The notes under the pieces: model-generated
Databases searched by the model: none
What the model saw: only the letters and a program-made list of their open reading frames with translations
Told to the model about the DNA's origin: nothing
DNA from: Trichodelitschia bisporula
Taxonomy: Eukaryota
Direction of reading: 5' to 3'
Assembly (NCBI GenBank): GCA_010356995.1
Contig: ML996691.1
Location: 688,174 to 752,173, forward strand
DNA: 64,000 bases
Made by a program: the position numbers and the translations under genes
Shown: piece by piece, positions 59,389-64,000 of the stretch
How positions within the stretch are numbered: position 1 is the first letter of the stretch
How the letters are laid out: the number at the start of each line of letters is the position of its first letter

Positions 59389-62300
59389 CTAGTCTTCAAA
59401 GAACTCGCCACCATGCACCGGGTCCACCGGCATGAGGACGTCAAACGCGCCCGTACCCATACCGCCCAACTTGCCCACCACGATCCGCGCACTAGGGTTC
59501 TTCAAGCTCTCTTGCTCATCCTCCAGCACCGCGTCACGCAGAAAGCCTACCGTCGTCTCGAAGCTCATCTTCATGAACGGGCTAACCGAACTCTTCATGC
59601 CCATGCGATTGAAGGCCTTGAATCCGCCGCCGCGGGTCATGACGTCAGCGATCAGGTTGAGATGGCGATTGTCGACGCTGATGGAATGGCCCTTGAAAAC
59701 GGCGTCGACTTCGCGCACGATGGTCGCACGACACGCCTCCACGCCGTACAGCCGCAACATGGCGACAATGTCATTGGTAAACACGCGGTTCGGGTCGATC
59801 ATGTCTTGGAACTCGCGGATGGCAACCATGTTTACGCCCTCGGTGATGATGGCCGGCTCCGTGCGCCCATTGCCCTCGGGGTCGGTGTACGTGTTGTCCT
59901 TGTCCAGGAAGCAGGACTTGATGTTTTCGACGGCCTGGATGACGGCATCGTGGCATGCCTTAACGACCATATTCAGCATCAACAGCTTAGCTGATGAAGC
60001 CGAATACTCGAGAGTGAAGTTGCACCATCCGCCCTTGGAGTCGAAGCTGAAGGACGCTAGCTCTGAGTTGCCCTTCAGCGACATGATGCGCGACTCGATC
60101 TCGCGGAGCGTTTGCTTGGCAATGTGTTGGGCGCGCGCCTTGTTCCCCTCCTCATCGGTCTGCTCGTTGTCGGGGTCGGTGTTGCCCATCGGACCGTCAT
60201 CGTCCATCTCGACATCGGGACTCGCCTCGCGCCGGCCCTGCGCAATGATCCGCTCATCTTCTTCATCCGGTGCCTCATAGCCTGCACCCTCTGAACGATT
60301 TGCACGCTGCTTGGCACTGGTGGCATCACCGTCACCACCTTCATCATCGGAGTCACCGCCGGCAGGCAAGCTCTCGGCAGCAGCTTCTTCTATACGGCCC
60401 GACGACTCACCGACCTCGGGCATGGCGTCCGTCTTCTTGAGTAGCTTGGTGTCGCCCTTCTTCTTTAGCTCTGCGCGAATCATGGCCTGGAGCTTAGGCA
60501 GCATCTTACGGCCGACCGCCTCGAGGACGTCGTTGGGACTGATAGCGTATTCCTCACAATATTCTTTGGCAGGGAAGAACTCGAGGCGCACATCATAGAC
60601 CTTCGCTTGGTTGTACAACTTGCCGCGGCAAAGAGTTTCGTTAACAGTGACTCTGTCAACGACTTCCGCGAGGGACAGCCGACTGATGGCCTTGGCGAAT
60701 TGCTCTGCTTGCTCGATCGAATTGTGGGAGTGGGGATAGATAGTCATCATCGGTGTGGAGATGTTGGCACTGGCAGTCATGGTAATCTCGCGGAGACGTG
60801 GGATACCAAGAGTGACGTTTTTGGCGGAGTGACCAGCCAAATGGAAGGTATTTAGCGTCATTTGGGTTGAGGGCTCACCGACAGACTGGCCTGCGACGAC
60901 GCCGACTGCTTCTCCGGATTCAACGATGGACTTGAGGTACTTGACTTCAAGAAGCGCCTCAAAGTTCTTCTTCTTCGTCACACCCTTGATACCTTTCTTC
61001 TTGTCCGCAATGGTCTTGTCCGGGTTCGTGTCCAAGTACTGCGAGGTGTTAGTGAGTTCTGGAGAGGAAACAGCGTATCTACCTTTTTCATCTTGGCATA
61101 GAACTTCTCCGATATACTTCCCGCATACCGGTTCGGAGTGTACTGTGCCTGAACCGGGTCCATTACACCCAAGTCTCCCGTTTTCCGGTAGGCCTTGATG
61201 GCCTTCTTGTTGTGCTCGACGGCCTCGGGGCATTGGATCCTGGGATATTGATCTTGGACCTTGAGGGACTGGTGGAAGGAGCCAAAGTTTTCGGCGAGGA
61301 ACGTGAAATCTGTAAGGTATTTCGCCTTGGGGATTTCCAGCCCATCTTCGCCGTAGAGAAACTGCACCACGGTTCCATCGGAATCGCGTACGGAGGAGTC
61401 GTACTCAACCTTAAGCCCTTCCATCCCCTTGATCAAACAGCGCTGCAGGTAACCGGAGCGGGAGGTCTTGACGGCTGTATCAATCAAACCTTCACGGCCA
61501 CCCATAGCGTGGAAGAAATACTCCTGCGGTCGTACTCCAGTCAAGAAGCGGTCGCGAACGTAACCACCTGCACGGAGGCTCGGGTCGAAGGGCCGGAAGG
61601 AGGGGAGCGTTTTACCGCTAACCATCGTCGGCACTCTGCGTCCTTCCAAAACCTGTTGACCGAGATTGCAAGAGATAAGATTGGCATTGACCTGCGAACC
61701 CTTCGCACCAGAGCATGTCATGGTTTGCATCTGGTTCTTCGGAAAAGGTTTGACGAGACCGACAGGCAGGCAGACTTTCGTGACGTCGGAGGACAGCGCA
61801 GAGCCGCGCTTCTTGGAAAGTTCATCAAGGCCCTTTTGCTTATCGTCATCTCGCATCACCTCCTCAAGTCGTCTCCGTAGCTCTGGATCATCACTTCGAA
61901 TCTTTTCGGAATCCAGCGACACGTAGCTGGCGGCAACTTCGAAGCCGACAGTCTCCGCTTGCAAAAGCCTCTCCAACCGCGCTTTTTCGCTTTCCTCGGT
62001 CAAGATGAGGTCTTCCACCCCGCAAGAGAATGCTCGGATATGGAGCATTTTCGTCAGCAGTCGTCCCATGATGCTCAGAAGTTTGCCAGCAATAGTATGA
62101 CCGTAAGCCTCATATACTGCGTTGACAAAGCCGCCGCCTGCAGGTCCAATCTGACTCTTGTCGATGATACCGCACAGCAACTCTCCATCCTGGAAAATTA
62201 CTTGGCCTTCTTCGGATTTGTCGCCCCACAGCTGAGCGGGCGTCTGAGACTTGCCCTTCAGCGTCAATCCAACATGTGTCCTGGGCGTGATGTTCTTCAT

Positions 62301-64000
62301 GACGGTGGTAATAAGTTGCTTTCCCGTCCACAAGGGTTGAGGCTTGATGATTGCTGGCGGGACGGTCAGCAGGGTACCGCTCGTCGTGTGGTTGCTCTCC
62401 GGCCTCATCGCGGAGTACACAATCTGTTGGTACTCAGCTCGCGTGAAGAAGATGTCCTTGTTCGTAAGCTGGACGCACACCGAAATATGATCCTGAATGA
62501 GACCACGTAACGGCTTTCCGGCAGTACCAGATAGGTACTGATTGTCGGTGTCAGCAATCGTCATCGCTTCCGCTCGTGCAATCTCGTTTTGAGGAAAGTG
62601 CATATTCATTTCATCACCGTCGAAATCGGCGTTGTAGGTGTTGCAGTTGGCATAGTGCATACGAATTGTCTTCTCCCCAGGCAGGACCCTTGCGCGATGC
62701 GCCATCATGGAAGGCTTGTGCAGGGTCGGCTGACGGTTCATGATCACAATGTCACCATTGTTAAGATGTCGGTGAACTTTCTTGTTTTTGGAGCCGTTCA
62801 TCTTGGTGCTGGACACGGCCAAGAGCTGATTTGCAAGTGATGCCCGCTCCTCGAGAGTCTTCCTGCCGAGCGCCACGATCTGGCCGTTCTCGTTCTCAAT
62901 GGCGACGGCCCCGGGCCAAACATCCGGCCCATTGATGACTGCCTCCTTCAACTCGTAGAAGTTGTGGCTGGTGACCGGCTCCGGATAGGTGAGTTTCTTC
63001 GCAAAGACAGGAGGGACGCCAATCTCGTTGGTCTCGATGTTGGGGTCGGGAGAGATGACGGAACGGGCAGCAAAGTTGACACGCTTTCCCATCATGTTCT
63101 TCCGGAAAAGGCCTTCTTTCTTCTCGAGAATCTGCTTGATGCCGTCCTCATTTCTTTTTCCCGCGGCACCCTGAATCGGATTCCGATCCCGATCAATCAG
63201 AGAGTTCACAGCATCCTGAAGTTGAATAAAGGAAAGCTGTAGATCATCCCAGCCTCGTAGTCGCCGCCTCTCCTCGGTACCAGCAACACCCCGCATCTCT
63301 TGATTTATCAACCCAATTGTCTCACATATGGTGAGAATTTGCCTGTATAAGTTGTTTTGCGGTGATTCGGCAATCTGCGCATTACCGGTCTTCGCTTCCG
63401 GGCGGTATTTGGAAGGAGGGACGAGAAGCGCATCGATGAAGAACATGTCGGCCATTGAGCTCCCCTTGTTTGGCTTCGATCTCGGGCTGTAAACGAGGGG
63501 AAGGATTTCCGGTTCGTGCTCGAAGAGGAGAACTAAGGCAGCGTGGACTTCGTTCGCGCTGACGTACTCCTGTTTGTATTCAGTCGACTTTTGCGCAACG
63601 GCCCCCTCAATTTCAATGACGTCGCGAGTGCCACTCATTTCCACGTCACGCGTAGGCTCGTCAATTTCCATCTCTTCTGCGCTCGAGATATCGAGATCTG
63701 CAACAGCTTCATCGACAACACCGCTGTTCCGAGGGGGTTTCTCCTTCTGTTGCGCCTTCCGTCGCTCACTCAATATCACCAGCGGATTCTTCATGACGAG
63801 ATCACGCTGGTAATTATGGCTGTCCTGCTTCGCGCTGACGGTCCTGCGGAAGATCTTGACATAGCGATCCTTCCTGTAACTGGGGCTGATGCCCTGGCAG
63901 TTGCGGCACGTCTGTCCCTTTGTCAGATTTGCGAGAAATTCCTTGATGATTTCACGCCGTGCTTCGAGAAGGGCTTCGTTGTTTTCCGGTGACCGTTTCG
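59389..64000 (-). CDS. RPA190: RNA polymerase I largest subunit (5'-truncated by the window edge)
   Basis: [34 protein letters not shown], catalytic [34 protein letters not shown]. The frame stays open to 64000. Intron 61039-61082. Confidence 0.97.

Noticed and set aside
59413..63992. Long + strand ORFs opposite RPA190, and similar antisense ORFs over UTP20, CUL3 and the MFS gene
   Set aside because: Shadow frames caused by codon bias of the real gene; no recognisable domains.
1..64000. CRISPR arrays, rRNA, tRNA, intact transposons, prokaryotic defence systems
   Set aside because: The window is eukaryotic; no repeat-spacer arrays, cloverleafs, rDNA or transposase/RT motifs were seen by eye.

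Overview
Gene-dense, intron-rich chromosomal window from a filamentous ascomycete (Pezizomycotina), judged from short GT/GC-AG introns with CTRAY branch points and from protein families. I built about 20 spliced protein-coding models by hand: a secreted Gly/Pro-rich protein, MPE1, ornithine decarboxylase antizyme, a TM9SF/EMP70 nonaspanin, a small NTF2-like protein, a DHA1 MFS transporter, an Hrb1/Gbp2 (snxA-type) SR/RRM protein, a mitochondrial carrier, a NYN-domain protein, a membrane Kelch protein, CwfJ/Drn1, UTP20, ZIM17, CUL3, a GH128 glucanase, the complex I 24-kDa subunit, an orphan secreted protein, a BBE-like FAD oxidase, RSM18, CIA84 and the 3' part of RPA190. No rRNA, tRNA, CRISPR array or intact transposon was recognised. 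Main signals the ORF track misses: (1) a roughly 1.7-kb, ORF-poor, strongly self-complementary region at about 15.4-17.1 kb carrying an AACCCTAA template next to a boundary-like helix, a candidate telomerase RNA gene; (2) a +1 programmed frameshift (TCC TGA) that the antizyme model requires; (3) 4-nt and 8-nt coding pieces and a 1-kb intron with candidate poison splice sites in the SR/RRM gene; (4) a 10-mer, TACATCCGTA, found 8 times and only in non-coding DNA; (5) two GC-AG introns and a candidate H/ACA-like RNA upstream of MPE1. All family calls are from motif recognition; no database searches were run.
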